A stretch of 63,967 nt of DNA, the filler included, from Choristocarpus tenellus KU-1152 (taxonomy: Eukaryota > Protista > Phaeophyceae), in the NCBI GenBank assembly GCA_964200185.2. It is 9 parts of 9 records of this genome, joined end to end, with 100 filler letters (N's around TTAATTAATTAA, not from the genome) between each part and the next. Parts side by side here need not be neighbours in the genome. Positions count along the whole stretch, not along the records: positions 1 to 19,169 come from CAXNAD020000488.1; 8 more parts are not named here. One strand, 5' to 3'. Position numbers and translations under genes: made by a program. Below, piece after piece: positions 1-13,599 of the stretch; positions within the stretch are counted from its first letter, which is position 1; every line of letters begins with the position of its first letter. The notes below the pieces were generated by a model. The model had not been told where the DNA came from and searched no databases. It saw only the letters and a program-made list of their open reading frames with translations.

Positions 1-2679
1 GTGTAGAGCCCAACTGAAATATACGGAAACATATATCTGGCTCTACCTTTCCTCCATTACTCCACTGTCCGAGAATCTTGCTTTTTTTCGGTATGACCAC
101 TTACATGCACCATAAATTGACAGGGGCTTATTCTGAACCAGTTTTTTTCCAGGGAATTCCGCTAACCACTTCTTTTTTGTATCTTTTGAGGTTGTGACCA
201 TCAAAATTGCGGCAGAGCTATTCCCCCGCGTTTTTGTCTTTCTTTGATCGGGATATAGTTCCTATTCACTGGAGTTAGTACATTCGTGCATACAAATCTT
301 CAACTCCTCTTGACATAAGCGTTCATTTGATATGTATTTTGTTTCATACCTCTCGTGGCAAGACAATGAAAAAAAGCAAGATTGCCACAGACCGCGAAGC
401 TATTGGTACCACTTTAGGACTACTTTCAAAAAACAGTCTTGATTATTGTAACAGAAAGATTTTCATTCCGTTCGTTCATATTTTAGAACAGTTTGTGTTT
501 ATCATCTAAGAACTGATGTCTTCTAACTCTACATTTACATTACGAGTGATCTCTGATACAGGTGGAAGAGACTATTCGAGGACTTTCAAGTACTGTTTAT
601 TAAGAGGTGAAGTAAACGAGAGGTGCCCCAGGCCTGCATTATTTCAAGGATGCTGAAAAAAATGTCAAATTCGACTTCTTAACTAAGGCGTACGTGCAGG
701 AACTTGAAACGTTTTGAACAATAGTATAATCAACGGTCGCAAGTCGAACTTGATTAACTATCATCCGTAGAAGTATGGGCGAATTGAAAATGACGAAACC
801 GCTTGAGATGCAAAACGGTCTAAACCTGGTTAACCTCTCGTTTTCTTTGACTCACTACTGTTTGTTTCTAGTACGCGATCGATCACCCACCAATTTTTTT
901 TTACTGAGGGATACTCTAATACTACTGGGTCGATTTTATATCAAGGTAGGAATTACAGGTTGTGCGGGGCTTTTGATTTTGCTAGGTGATATGTTTTGTT
1001 AAGGAGAAAAGATGTACACCTGTGGTAGGTCTAATGAAGAAGTCCTAGGCCTGGGGACTTCGATCCACATAAACACGAGTTAGAAGAGGAACGGAAGTGG
1101 ATGATGATGTATTAGTGATTGGGTGGCTATGAATTTGTCTGGTTGGGAGGGGGACTGTTTGTTGAGGGGTGTGTTGTCAATGCGAGGCTTTGCTTCGTGA
1201 GGCGTGGTTATGTTTGTGCTGAGGCCACGCATTATTAGTATAGAAACCATCATCATCACAGACATGTTATGGAGCTGGAGTCACAACCATAGCACAAGAG
1301 CTATACGCACATATACAGATAATATTTGATGGGCAGCATTGCTTCCCCTGAACAACCCAACCGCCAGTGAAAGGAGTTGATAATACTTATCCCATTCCTT
1401 CAGTGATGACGAACACAGTTTAGTAGTGGACTGGTGGAAAGAAAACCTTAGGTACGAAAATAAGATATCTTGTTTGTCGCTGTACCCCTTCCTCGGAGAA
1501 ATCTGTATATTCTATGCATTGGAGATAAATTGATAATACTAATCAGAGTATTGCACATGAATTGTGCCAAGCAAGTTAAGATACACTACAATGGTTGTCG
1601 AATAATACGACCAGCATAGAGGACAAGATACGTGATGCTGTAGGCGATATGAAAAGAAACATTCTCGTCAATGGTTATTGGAAGAAAGAAGCGTACATGG
1701 TACACTAGGCCAGTAGGTTATGTTCATTCTTCGACATCCGTGACCCAGCAGTCACTCTTACCCAGTAGGGATGGAGAATGTTCCTTTGAATCAAGGTCCA
1801 CGCAAGGTACGGGTATAGGACATGTCCTTGAATGAAGGTTCGTCCCAAATGCGTTTCGAGTGTCCAATAGCTACCTTGCAAGCACTGTCAATGAAGAATA
1901 CTGAGCAATATAGGAGCAACGTCCCTTCTTAACGACTACTTGGTGATGCAACTTCCAACGTCCTTCAACGTCCGTGCTTGACCAACAATTTACTGCAGAA
2001 AATAAACTGACAAAGAGAACTACAAATACACATACGCATATTAACAGTAGAAGTATACGCGAAGTAGTTGTAGTGTTGCAAGTAGATGTGAACCTGTGTA
2101 TAGTTGTATTTGTGTTCAGAAATCACCACTCCACAAAAAAGTAAAGAAATACAAAAAAAAAGACACAAGAACAAACAGGACCCACTGGTCACAACCACAT
2201 ACATCAAATCTCAACTTCCTAAAGCGCACTCAAAGAAGTTGCTGCACCTGCGTGAAGCGTATTGAAATTCTGGGAGTCGCACTGATCCTAGCCCTACAGC
2301 CGGGCAAAAATTATATCAAGTGGCGATCCTCTCCCAGAAATGTACTTCGTCGAAGATCTACGAAATTGTAGACGTATAATAAGTGGTTGCTGGTAGGAGG
2401 GAAGCTGCTGCTAATTTGTGACGTTCTGACCAGAAACTTTGGTGACGCTTGCACTTTGGTTGATTGATAGAATGTAAATTAGTTGTTGAACCTGCGTAAG
2501 ATTCTAAAGTTGTGTTGGAAAAAAACACGAGATTAAATATCTTCAGACTACACGTCCTCCTCCCTACTCGAGAAACATGATGCTCATGTCGGATACAATC
2601 GATCGTACGATAATACAGTACTATAGTAGTATTTTCTTCATACCTCAGACCTACTACCCTGTCGTATATCCTCCTTCAG

Positions 2680-3480
2680 CCGTGTTTGGACCAATCTCAG
2701 TTTACGCTGGTCCTGCCATCTGCGTATGGCTCGTAATTGGGCCCGTCTCCTGACTCATTTGGGCGAAGGAGGCTAAAGCCCATGGAGTTCAGACGTTTAG
2801 TATTTCCCCTCTCTCACACCATACAAGTGGGAAACTCGTCGTGTACTTCGTATATTGAAGTGAATCATGCCTGCAGGAGAGACGGAGCACTACCCGTGGA
2901 GGAAGACATCCCAAGAGGTTACAATGAAGGGAGGACACTTCTTGACGCCTTGAAATGTTGCAGGGAAAATGGGTGTCCCTCAGATCAACAGTCTTGTGCC
3001 CATGCTGAGGAGGGGGAACATGTATACTGCTTGGAGTGGGTTAGTAGGAAGGGGTGCTAATAGCTACAAAGAGCAGACCTGTGCCAGTGCTGCAAGTCTT
3101 GGTGCCTTGAAGTCGGTCAAGGACAATGGGTCCCCCTCGGATAAGAGCGCTTGTACTCAGCAGGGTGGTCGTCTAGATACATTGGTGTGGGCCAAGGATA
3201 CTAGGTAGCTTTGGGGAAGAGTGCCCCTGAACCTCTTCTTCAGGTAGATCAGGCTCAATGGCTGCTCCTGGAAGGAAGACACCTGCCTGTGCTTTGCTGC
3301 GACTGCTTGATGCCTCGAGATGTGCCCAATCCCATGACTGCACTTGGTATGCTAGAGATTCTGCTTACTTGGCTGAAGTTGGGGACTTAGCGACCTTATA
3401 GTGGGATATTGAAGCGCCAATGACTGTAGGTTGAATTGGGGAACTCTTGTCACTGCTGCAAGAGAAGGAAACGCGCTACT
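2680..3480 (+). pseudogene. Decayed ankyrin-repeat protein (GCPW-type repeats seen in Pandoravirus/algal proteins), possible F-box-like N-terminus
   Basis: Remnants across frames, broken by stops and frameshifts: LDALKCCRENGCPSDQQSCAHAEEGEHVYCLEWVSRKGC*, TCASAASLGALKSVKDNGSPSDKSACTQQGGRLDTLVWAK, RLNGCSWKEDTC, NWGTLVTAAREGN. They match the repeat consensus L..L.W.RENGCPWD..TC..AA..G. No obvious introns. Confidence 0.65.
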
Positions 3481-5211
3481 GAAGTTCAGGCGCAGAGTAG
3501 TATACCTGAGTCAGACTGAAGGAAATACGGAGAAATTAATATTTAGATTTTATATTTCTAGTTATTTCTCTAATTCCATTATACCTGAATCCGATCATAA
3601 AAAATACTTCGTATTTATTTTCCATTACTTCAATCTCAGGGCATTATTATACCTGAGCCAGAATTTTAGCAAGTATGGAAGAGAAAGTGCTTATTTGTTA
3701 TATTTCTAGTGGTTTCAATCAACAGAAGAGGGGCTGCAAAATAAGGCTCTGGAGAACACATACACATGCATACCATGCAGAGTTCATGGATTCCTGCGTG
3801 TAATTGCACAACTTGCACTGCACACCACCAATCCCAAACTGAGTACTTCCAAAATGATGCCTATCAACCTCTGAGGTGGTAAACAACTAAATAACATTGA
3901 CCCCCCAAAAACATAAGCATCCCCATCAAACCAGAGCAGGACATCGTACGTATCTGAAAGAACCTAACACATACAAACACTCTTAAGTCCTTCCAAATAT
4001 CATTCCAACACATCTCATTGCAAATAATAAAAAACAATAAATGTGATGACACATAATATTATACAGCGGTGTTGAGTGTGCCACAGTAACCAATCCTACG
4101 TAGTATGTACTAATTGAAAACAGTATCGTCTCTTGCACAAGATAGGAAGATGATATCAAGTGTTGTATAGAAATGCTTCAAATAAGTAACACATTATGCT
4201 ACCGACCGCTGCAACTTGAACAATGCCTTGTTGTAAACAGAGCCAAAGGCAAGAATATACTGGTCGAGGGGTCCTCCACCTCCTCCGTCACCCTCAAGGA
4301 TACCTCATCTACAAGTCAAACAACCTCAAAACTAGACCCTGACAACTCCTTAGCAGACTTCCTCCATGCCACAGTCAACAAAATTTTATGTTTCCACCTT
4401 GACATTCCTTCACCAGACCAAATGATTATAGGGCGGTTGCAAGAGGATGCAAAATGATGGATATGGTAATAGCAGCAAAGGATCAGTTGATTGGCCGATT
4501 GCTACTTCACCTAAAATGATGAGTGTTGAATAGTTTTAACATTGAAATCGTTGTTCGAAAAAAAAATGTTTTCATATTTTTTACACCATTTGAAGAACCA
4601 AAATGTTGCCACTCGACGAAAAACCTTACAAGACTAACTTAACTACATAGCAGGTAGAACCAATGCCCCAAAACAAAGGGTTAGGAGTAGGGCAACACTA
4701 ACCCAGTCCTGCCTAGGACCAATCGGAGTATCGAAAGAAGAGCTTAGGACACCAAGGAGGCAGGGCTAAACACACACCACACACAGAGTAAGTATTTTGT
4801 AAATGACCTAAGCAAGGATCCAAACACTGGAAGCTGCTTGATCAACGCTGCTTGAGCTGCAAGGGGCAAGTAGAATACCTCGCCAACAACATGCACTTCC
4901 CGGCACACACTCTGAGTAAAGCACACAAAACACACATATATGTATACATATATGCACCTCTTACTACTGCACGCTAGACATGACAACAACCAAACCTACT
5001 TCTAACCCCTAATGCTAACACTACAACACACACCCACACTACTGCACTGTAGGCAATCAAACAACAAAAAAGAAAAACATAAAAAATAATAATAGGAACA
5101 AATACAGATAAAAAAAGAAAAATGACACAATCCATCGAAACTCTAGACAACCTTCACCAACCAACACCACCAAACAAAATCAGAACATCACATCACTACC
5201 AACTGAAGTGG

Positions 5212-8200
5212 TCATTGCAAAACCTTCTGTACACTCAAGCCTGACCCATCCTGAGCCACATGAGGTACAACATCCGAGGCCCCCTTGACCGCAGTCAATC
5301 CCATGGACTTGTGCGACCCTCCAGTTGCCCCCCCTTCTCCCTTGCCAGCACCAGTTTTAGGTCGTTTATGTCCTGCCTCTTCTTCTCTCCCTGCCTCGGC
5401 CTCCATCTTATCCCCATCAATATACCTTTCCACCAGACCCTGGGGTAGGGATTGTGAGCAAGGCCCAGGATGCAAGGACAGTGTGAGACAGGGTTAGAGG
5501 GTCAATTAGGGGGGAAGGAGCTGTGAGAGTAACAGTAGTACAAATACCTTACAAGCCTTAATTGGACCATCAAACACAAAGACTACACTCTTACGCAATT
5601 GGTGCTAAGATATTGCTGTGGCAACCTCACCACCTCCTATCACCTAATGAAAAGTTCATGCTGTCGGATGAAATATTCAGTGCAATAAATCTAAAAAGTG
5701 GGTACACAGCACCAACCAACACATGTGTCTACCTGCACTACAAGTTCGTGCAGGTGACCAGCCTGTCGAAGCGCTCTCACAGGACAACCTTCATCACAAA
5801 AATAAGCAGCACTACTAATACTACAATGCACGTACTAGGAACCACAAAAACAAAAAAACAAGCGGTGGTCCTCTGATGAGGATTTTATTCCCATTCCCTG
5901 CCCCCAAACAAATTACTCCAAATTTGTTCAACGACAAGCACACACTAGACAACAAGAGAGCTAGCCCCAGTTGCACCTGGAAATCACAAATAAACGAACA
6001 ATATCACAGTCTCAAAAAACTACATTATCTTCAATGGCGACTTCACCCAACTGCTGGAACACATCTCTCCTCACACCCCCCTGCACCTCCCTGCTGCCAC
6101 TCTCTCCTCACACCCCAAGCAGCGAAACAAAACACATGGGGGGTCGCATACCATCAGAAGCTTGTCCACCACAAGCTTCGGCGTTGCCTTGGATTCTCTT
6201 TCTGCATCCCGCCCCCCTGAAGCTTCGTCAGCCCTTGCCTGCGATGCGATTGCTTCCTTTTGCCACTGCCAAGTGTGGCCTCCACCAGTGTTGTCCAGTT
6301 CCACAAGCTTCGACAATTCCTCTGGTGAAAATGTGTAAGGGGAAACCATGAATATAAGGAAGGGATAGGATGTTTCGGCATGGATGACCGGTGATGCAGG
6401 ACAAAAAATAGGATGCATCACTGCCTATGGCACTTTAAGGTCACTTTGCAAATCATAAGGATGTTGCGGGGTTGAGACTGTACATTAGTGGGCCAAGCAT
6501 CAGGTACTTCAGACCAATCACGTCAGTCAAATTACCGAGCTTTGGAAGATTTGAACCTCAGGTAGAGAGCTCTTCTAGTTACATATGAATAAGGAACTGT
6601 TCACACAATACGCCTGAGTTGCTCTATCTGCATTAGCTGTCACAGAGTTATATGGCAACAAAGGTCAATATTGCACCAATTGCAAACACTTGCCCAACTT
6701 ATTCCTCGTAGGTGTATGTCAAAATATATCAACTTGAAATCTAATCACTCTTAGACCTCACAATAATAGGTTAGCAAGATCCAATCACTGGTAAGGTTTT
6801 GTGAGTCTGGTTTGCAGTCAAAAACCAACAATCTGTAAGCATTTTGCTGGGACAATTACGACAGATTTCTGGTTTAATCATTTAATCAAGTAACAGGGTC
6901 AAAAAGGATAACGTATCACACAATGTTTAGAAGGAGATTCAGCAATTACAACGTTTGCTTTCGATAATATCACTCTAGGCTCACCAAACGCATTGTTGAT
7001 ATGGTGCGAAAACTTGGTCAGGCGAGACTTGAACACCCTTGCCACCGTAGGTGACTGGTATATCGTTCCCTCCATGATGTAGTAAACTGCCTGTACCTCC
7101 ACCGATGTTCTACTCTTGCGAAGCTGCCGCTGAGAGTTCGTCAATGGACAAGAATATCACAGAGTGGTAAAAAGATGAGGAAACTCAACATTTGATACAG
7201 GCACTAGGCAAACAGAAAATAGAGGGATGAAGTGAAACAATTTTGCGCATTGCAATTTTACAAAATGGGGTGAGGACACACTGTATTCGTTGCAGGAGTG
7301 TCGAAAGCAGATAAGAGTACAAAATCGAAGTCGGTGGCAACAGGATCTTCAGGACCATTGCACACACCTTGATCACGAAGAGACGTTTAGGAAGAGGTCC
7401 CTGAGGAGGCGGATGCCCCGGGGGAGTGAAGACTGGCTCCTCCGGAAGATCTTCTAAAATATACCTGCCGATATTGAGTTTATGTTATGTTGTGGTGTTC
7501 GCACACGAGCGCAAAAATCGTCGATGGGCGACGGACGATTAGCAGCTGTTTCGAAATGATGCCCCCTTAAATATTAACGGGACTTAAAAGCTGCTGTGCC
7601 TATTCAAATAGGGTGATGCACTATCAAATACCTTGCGGACGATGGTAAATACGTGCCACCAAAATCTGAAGTATTAAACCGTGGTACGCAAAGATCCTCA
7701 CATCCTACTGACCAACAGTCAACGAGAAAATTTCTACATTGCTTGACCCCATTGCGTCGACATGTTGCACGTTGCTCGTCACACCACTAAATAGGTCGTG
7801 GCGTGGAGCATTACTGTGTAAAACTTCTCTAAACTCATGTGAACCTCCAGTGAAAATATCGCTCTGAGATATTCGTCTGCCGAGACGATCAGGAAGTTCC
7901 ACTCCACCTCTTGTCATTTGACCTTTAGGTTGGATAAACGATTACTACCGGAACCAAGAATGACCTTCAAATCTTGAGATAGAAAAAGAATGGATCTCAA
8001 GTCCTTCGTATGGAGATCAAAGTTGTGAGGAGAGAGGGGGGTGGGGTGAGAGGGAAATCTAGTTCTATATAATTAGTAGGTGAACCCAGGGACTACCAAC
8101 ACCACTCAAGTCACACTCACTCCAGACCCGTAAGGTTGGTCAAACCCTCCCTGGGATCCACACCCTGCATTCGGCACTGCTGATTGTTGCAGGACTTATC

Positions 8201-8317
8201 ATAAAAGGGACTAAGAGCGAAGTAATCTAGTGCATTCTCTGGACCAAGTCCATATTGTTGAAGCCACACAGGATCAATAAAAGATATATTCTCCAAATCT
8301 GGCTCAGATGCATCCAT
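5212..8317 (-). CDS. MED6: Mediator of RNA polymerase II transcription subunit 6 (5 exons, ~278 aa)
   Basis: Exons 8317-8121, 7464-7368, 7129-6985, 6321-6152, 5439-5212. All GT-AG and phase-consistent (837 nt). Med6 motifs: ISFIDPVWLQ...NALDYFALSPFYDKSCNNQ, GLEY, LFVIKRQLR, AVYYIMEGTIYQSPTVARVFKSRL. Confidence 0.93.
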
Positions 8318-8566
8318 GATGAGATTTTCCTTGCACACAGCAGCACCAAATTACAGTCCTCAGACTTGACTTTTTCTCAAGCATTGAAGACGATATGTCA
8401 AACCTCTAGACAAGGGAAAATGATGGGACGTGATAGTATTTATTGACCTCGGACTGCCTTCCAAAACATACAAATCCTGAAAACAAAAAAATGTTTTAGG
8501 GGTGGGTGGTTGGAAGAGCATTCAGGGCAACACTCTGACCCTGTGGCAAGGGCACCACCACGCAAC
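8318..8566. promoter_or_regulatory. Probable bidirectional promoter region between MED6 and RPL13A
   Basis: Only 249 bp separate the divergent start codons (8317 on -, 8567 on +). Confidence 0.6.
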
Positions 8567-11500
8567 ATGTTTGAGAAGCCTATCGTTGTCGATGGACGCG
8601 GTCACCTCCTCGGACGTCTGGCGTCCGTGGTTGCTAAGGAGCTGTTGAGTGGTCAGAAAGTGGTGGTGGTGAGGGCGGAGCAGATCACCATCAGCGGTTC
8701 TCGTAAGTATCACCATCTTGCTCCCCATCAATCCACTTGTGATGTTTCCTGTAGATGCATTGGTCGTGGTTGACACGGGCTGATGTGCTTTGTAGATGGT
8801 TTTTAATACACGGGGCCTTATTCGATTGTGTTCAAGTTTCTTTTGCTCGTTGAATGGAGGCAAGAAGAAAGAGTGGAGACAGCAAAGGCTCACTGAGGAG
8901 AGGCGAGCCAGGACACCATTCCGCAATCAGTGTGATGTGCCTTTGCTCGGATGAAGCATGCACACAAAGAAGAAGTGCATATTTTTTGGATTGAGTTGAT
9001 TTGGCTAGGAAAGGGCAGGTCCAAGGACTTCTTGCGAGAGGGGGACATGCGTGTCGCAAGGGGCTGTTAGATAGCTCGAAGGTGGTCGAGAAGACCACGG
9101 CAGGCTCAGCTTACGCGGTATATCTCACCATTTTTTTTGGAACCTCTTGAACCAGAGATATTTGACGGAAATTTACCTTGCACGCATTCCGAACCCGAAT
9201 TGCCAGTGGTTCGCAACAAGGTGAAATACATGCAGTTCAAGAAGAAGAGGCACAACACTAACCCGGCGAGGGGTCCTTTCCATTTCCGCTCCCCTGCCCG
9301 GATCTTCTGGAGGACGGTGAGTGCGTGGTAGTTTAGAGTTTCCACTTGTTCGGGGCTATGGGGTGTGTCCTACCTAGTACACACGGTGACAACAGGTAGA
9401 GACCAAATGCACGACTTCTAGGAAAATACATCTGTATCTACTCTAAATTCCCCAATAATGTCTTCTATGTCTAAAAATATACTGTCGTACGTATATATCG
9501 TGCGTTTCCACTGATCTTCCTGTCTGAATTGATCTAGATCTGGGTCAACTGAAAGAGTATGCCAAGTAGTTGCCGCTATTTCGGACACTAGCAACTGCAA
9601 TCCTCCGGCAGTGAATTTGAAAAATTCTTCTTGTCAATGTTGCATTGTTAATTGATAGTACTGCTCCTGTATGCATTGCTCCCTTACTGGGGTGTGTGTT
9701 GAGAGCACTGACTTATTGTTGCTTTTCCATAACCTCCCTGGATTCTCACGTCCAATGTTATGTGTGATGTCTGATGCGATCAGGTTCGTGGTATGCTCCC
9801 CCAGAAGACTGTGAGGGGACAGGAGGCTCTGAGCCACCTCTCGGTGAGTTTCTCTCCATGCCGGTCTATCGTTAGTGTGAGATTAAATTGCACCTGTAAG
9901 GATTTCAAGTTGAGTGAGGGTATGCCTGCCCTCTATCTTTGTCATGGTGATCAACCCTTGTCAAATTTTACCAGCGTGGTGGAATGTTTCAAACTTGGAG
10001 TATCCCATATCTACCATACAAGAAAGGTATTGTTTCCTTACAATGATAACGGATACAGATTTCATGCAGAAAGTTTCTAGATTTTTCCAGTGTGTGCAGT
10101 AACAAAATATTTTTGGCAGGGTTAGGGTAAGGGTAAGCATACAGCAAACGTACGTACCACTACTTTTATAGAATTGAGGGTTTTGATATTAATAGTGTTC
10201 TTGGCGTATCAAATGAGTAGATAGCTACTTGCGCTGCAGTTGTGTGTCCTTACCAGCAGTGGAGTGCTTCATTCTCACCATGATAATAACCACATGCAAG
10301 ACTCGAAAAGTATCCTCTTCTTACACCGCACCCTTGCTGTTGGTGGGGTCATGTTCCATGTTTTTCCCCTAACTGGCGGCAGTGCTTTGAGGGTATCCCT
10401 GCACCTTACGACAAGCAGAAGCGAATGGTTGTCCCCAATGCACTGCAGGTCATCCGCATGGCGCCTGGCAGGCGTTTCTGTGTGCTTGGACGCCTATCCG
10501 CTGAAGTGGGCTGGCCACATGGAGATCTTATCAAGCGTCTTGAGGTGGGATGTCTCAGTAGTAGTGTGTACGTACGCAAACACGTTTTTGTGAGTTTTTG
10601 AGATAACAAAACTTGTAGGGTGTTGTGATGCGGGTTTCAATGCAGGATATTTTTTTCATTTTTGTGTGTGATCTGTGTTTGGGTACGTACATCTGTGGAT
10701 CAAAATGTACTGTGTGTTTGTTGAAGCAGCAAATGGATGGGGAGTGCCTTCAGTGTAGAAAGTGTGGAGATGGTTTTTCAATGTATTGCCAGGCGGAGAA
10801 GATTGCAGATTTACATTTTGAAGAATGAATAGATGCTTTGTAAGAGTGCAGGTGCCTTTATTTATTTGGTGGTAAGGGACAAGAAATGTCTTGTATTTCC
10901 TTCCCCAAGGAAGGAGTACACCATGAAGCTCCTGTTGGTTGAGCTAAGTGATGGCTGACATGCCCTTTGTAAATAGAGGCACAATGCAAGGAAGTGCTCG
11001 ACCTAATTGGAAATGAGGAAGAGGCTAAATGTCAAGTTGACGTTAATTGTGAGTTGTGGGCTATGCTCAAGTTTGACTAGTGGATGTTAACTTCTAGATT
11101 AGTGGATCTGAGGACTCAATATGATGTATGGTGGTTCTGGTTCTGTATTCATTTATCATGAGTGTTGCAGCCAAGCAGTTACATTTAAGTGGATTCATAA
11201 GTAGTGTTATTTGAAAGTTTTTATGACCTGATTTAATCTACACTTTTGGATGTACTCGATTGTGATAAAGATGTACACAGACTACTTGGATCAAGTTTTG
11301 GAGCTCTGCATGTAGGGTGCAATTCACGTGAAAACATAACTGGTTGAAAGCTTGCACTCATTTTTTGGTTAGGGTTAATCTTAATTGAACAAATTGTAGG
11401 GATCCAATTGTTACAATAAATAACATTTTGGGTAGGAGGTGCTGTGACTCGTTATACACACAAAAAAGCAACATATATATGTGACAGGAGGTTGGAACTC

Positions 11501-12824
11501 ACTTGTGTGCATGAGTAAAGTGTGGATTTGGTGTCATAACTGCCAATATGACCCTATCACTATGTATGTACAAAGTGATTGATACATGGAAATTTGTTGT
11601 GTGGATGGTATTTTGGGTTGGGTAAGGATGCAGTAATTGTGTTGATTTTGTGCTTGAGTGTAGTTTTATCAAGATAGAGGTGTGCACGTGAAGTGTGCTC
11701 AAGTGTGTTATTGGCTATTCCTTGTTATATACTTGGTGTGATTTTGTTTTATGGCCTCTCTTTTGCTGTACATCTTGGTTGGATAGGATTTGGAATCTGA
11801 GGGATCACAATTGGTGACCATCCTTGTGTGTGGCCCCCTCAGTACGGGTCTTTTTGTATTGGTTGAGTGAAAACAAAGCCTGGAACTCAACTTTTTAATA
11901 CTTGTGTTCCTTTCAAATATGTATTGTCATATCTTGAGGAGCTTGTCGGGGTTTGCCCCAATATTGTGTTGATTAGAGTCAACCTCATGAAAGAAGAAAT
12001 GCGCTGGTACTATGATCCGTACAGCCTATCATTTTGAGAGTCCCTATCACTTTTTCAGCTAAAAGTGAGCAATTCCCAGTGGGGTTGGTCCTATCTCAAT
12101 GTAGGATGGTAGTTAGTGACGGTAAGACGGTCAGAATATGTCATATTGAATAGAACAGCCTTCCTTGTAAAGGCACAAGTGATGCAGCGGTCTCATCCAC
12201 AAAGCTAGTCGTTGTGTTGGTTTCTTCTCAAACGTGAAGATCAGTTGCATTACATTCCAAAGTCTTCCCAGCTTGTATCTATTTTACACCAGATCGATCA
12301 ACTCCTCCAAAATTTGACCTATCTTTTGATAGGAAACTCAACACTACAGAGTAGTCTAACCCGGGAAAGTTTTGTTTGTTGTGTCCAGGCTGTTCCACAT
12401 CAAGCTTCCGTTTCCAGGATGAGTACAGTGTCTCGAATATACTGCCGTCCTCATCAACATATCTTTGCTAATTGTGTTTTCTAGATTGCCACCATCTAGA
12501 TCCCTATGCCATTCGAGTATATATCCTTGGTGTGTAAAGCCTTAACTCAAGTTCTTAGCACATTGTGAGAATTGTTTAGAAAGTCTACATCATCTGGGTT
12601 GGGCACCATTGCACCGAAGCCAGTGCTGTGGTTGCAATGTTGAATCTAAATGCCTCTCTGTGCTTGAAACCCTCATGCCATTCTTGTGTTGGCAGGTCCA
12701 GCGTAAGATCAAGTCCGAGGCATACTACAAGGAGAAGAAGAGTGCTAACCTTCTCAAGGCCAAGGCTGTCGAGGAGGCCGACCTCTCCAAGGTTGCGCCA
12801 GTGCTGGAGCAGTATGGATTTTGA
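8567..12824 (+). CDS. RPL13A: 60S ribosomal protein L13a/uL13 (5 exons, 198 aa)
   Basis: Exons 8567-8702, 9207-9316, 9784-9843, 10383-10544, 12696-12824. GT-AG, 597 nt in frame. Motifs [64 protein letters not shown]. Confidence 0.97.
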
Positions 12825-13599
12825 TCACTCCCTTGCCTTCATCCAATCTGATCCTTTGCTCTGAGAGTGAGATGACTCTCAATGTAGTGCTTATGATTAG
12901 TACTTCTTGGTGGCCAACCCTTCCTCCCTCTCACCTGCCACTCACTGAGAAGCTGGTAGGATATGGGTAGCATTGGTGTTGGAGTTTGAAGTCAGAAGAG
13001 TAGAGTGTTTTGCCCGGGGTCACGGTTATGCCTTGAATGTAACTCAAGGTGTAACCATGAGAAATAAATAATAATTACAAAAAAAACTAAAATCGATTTG
13101 TTTGGTTGGAATAAACAAATTGTGGAGATGGCATGGTGAACTCCATCGTTGAAAAACGAGCTTTATGTGTGCAGGTAAGGGATAGTGTGGAGCACCCCAT
13201 TACGCCATCCATTATTGTTCAGATACAAACTGCTAACATGCTCAAGACAGAAAGGGGCTGATCAAGTCATTCAAGTGGATGAACACCATGTGGAACTTCG
13301 AAGACGAGTTAGAATTTTATTCATGCATAGTACTGAGAGATACATGTAACATGATCAAGACAACTAAACATGGAAAACATATATGTGTGTATGTGTTAAT
13401 CACCTTCACTCCAAGGAATACCTTTCAAGGTGCCCTTTATAAGGTACACCTCAGAGTGAAGATGGCTATCACATATATGTATATATGGATGTATTTTCGG
13501 TATTGTTACGATTACGGTGTACTGTGTGTTTTGAAGGGTCAATGTACACTACGACACCCAAGGCAACTATGATCTGGGCTGAGGTTGGGAATTCAAATT

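Noticed and set aside
8703-12695. Intronic C/D snoRNAs in RPL13A (also looked in RPS13 and DDX3 introns)
   Set aside because: No convincing C box/D box pair with terminal stem or rRNA guide seen by eye. An Infernal/snoscan run would be needed to exclude them.
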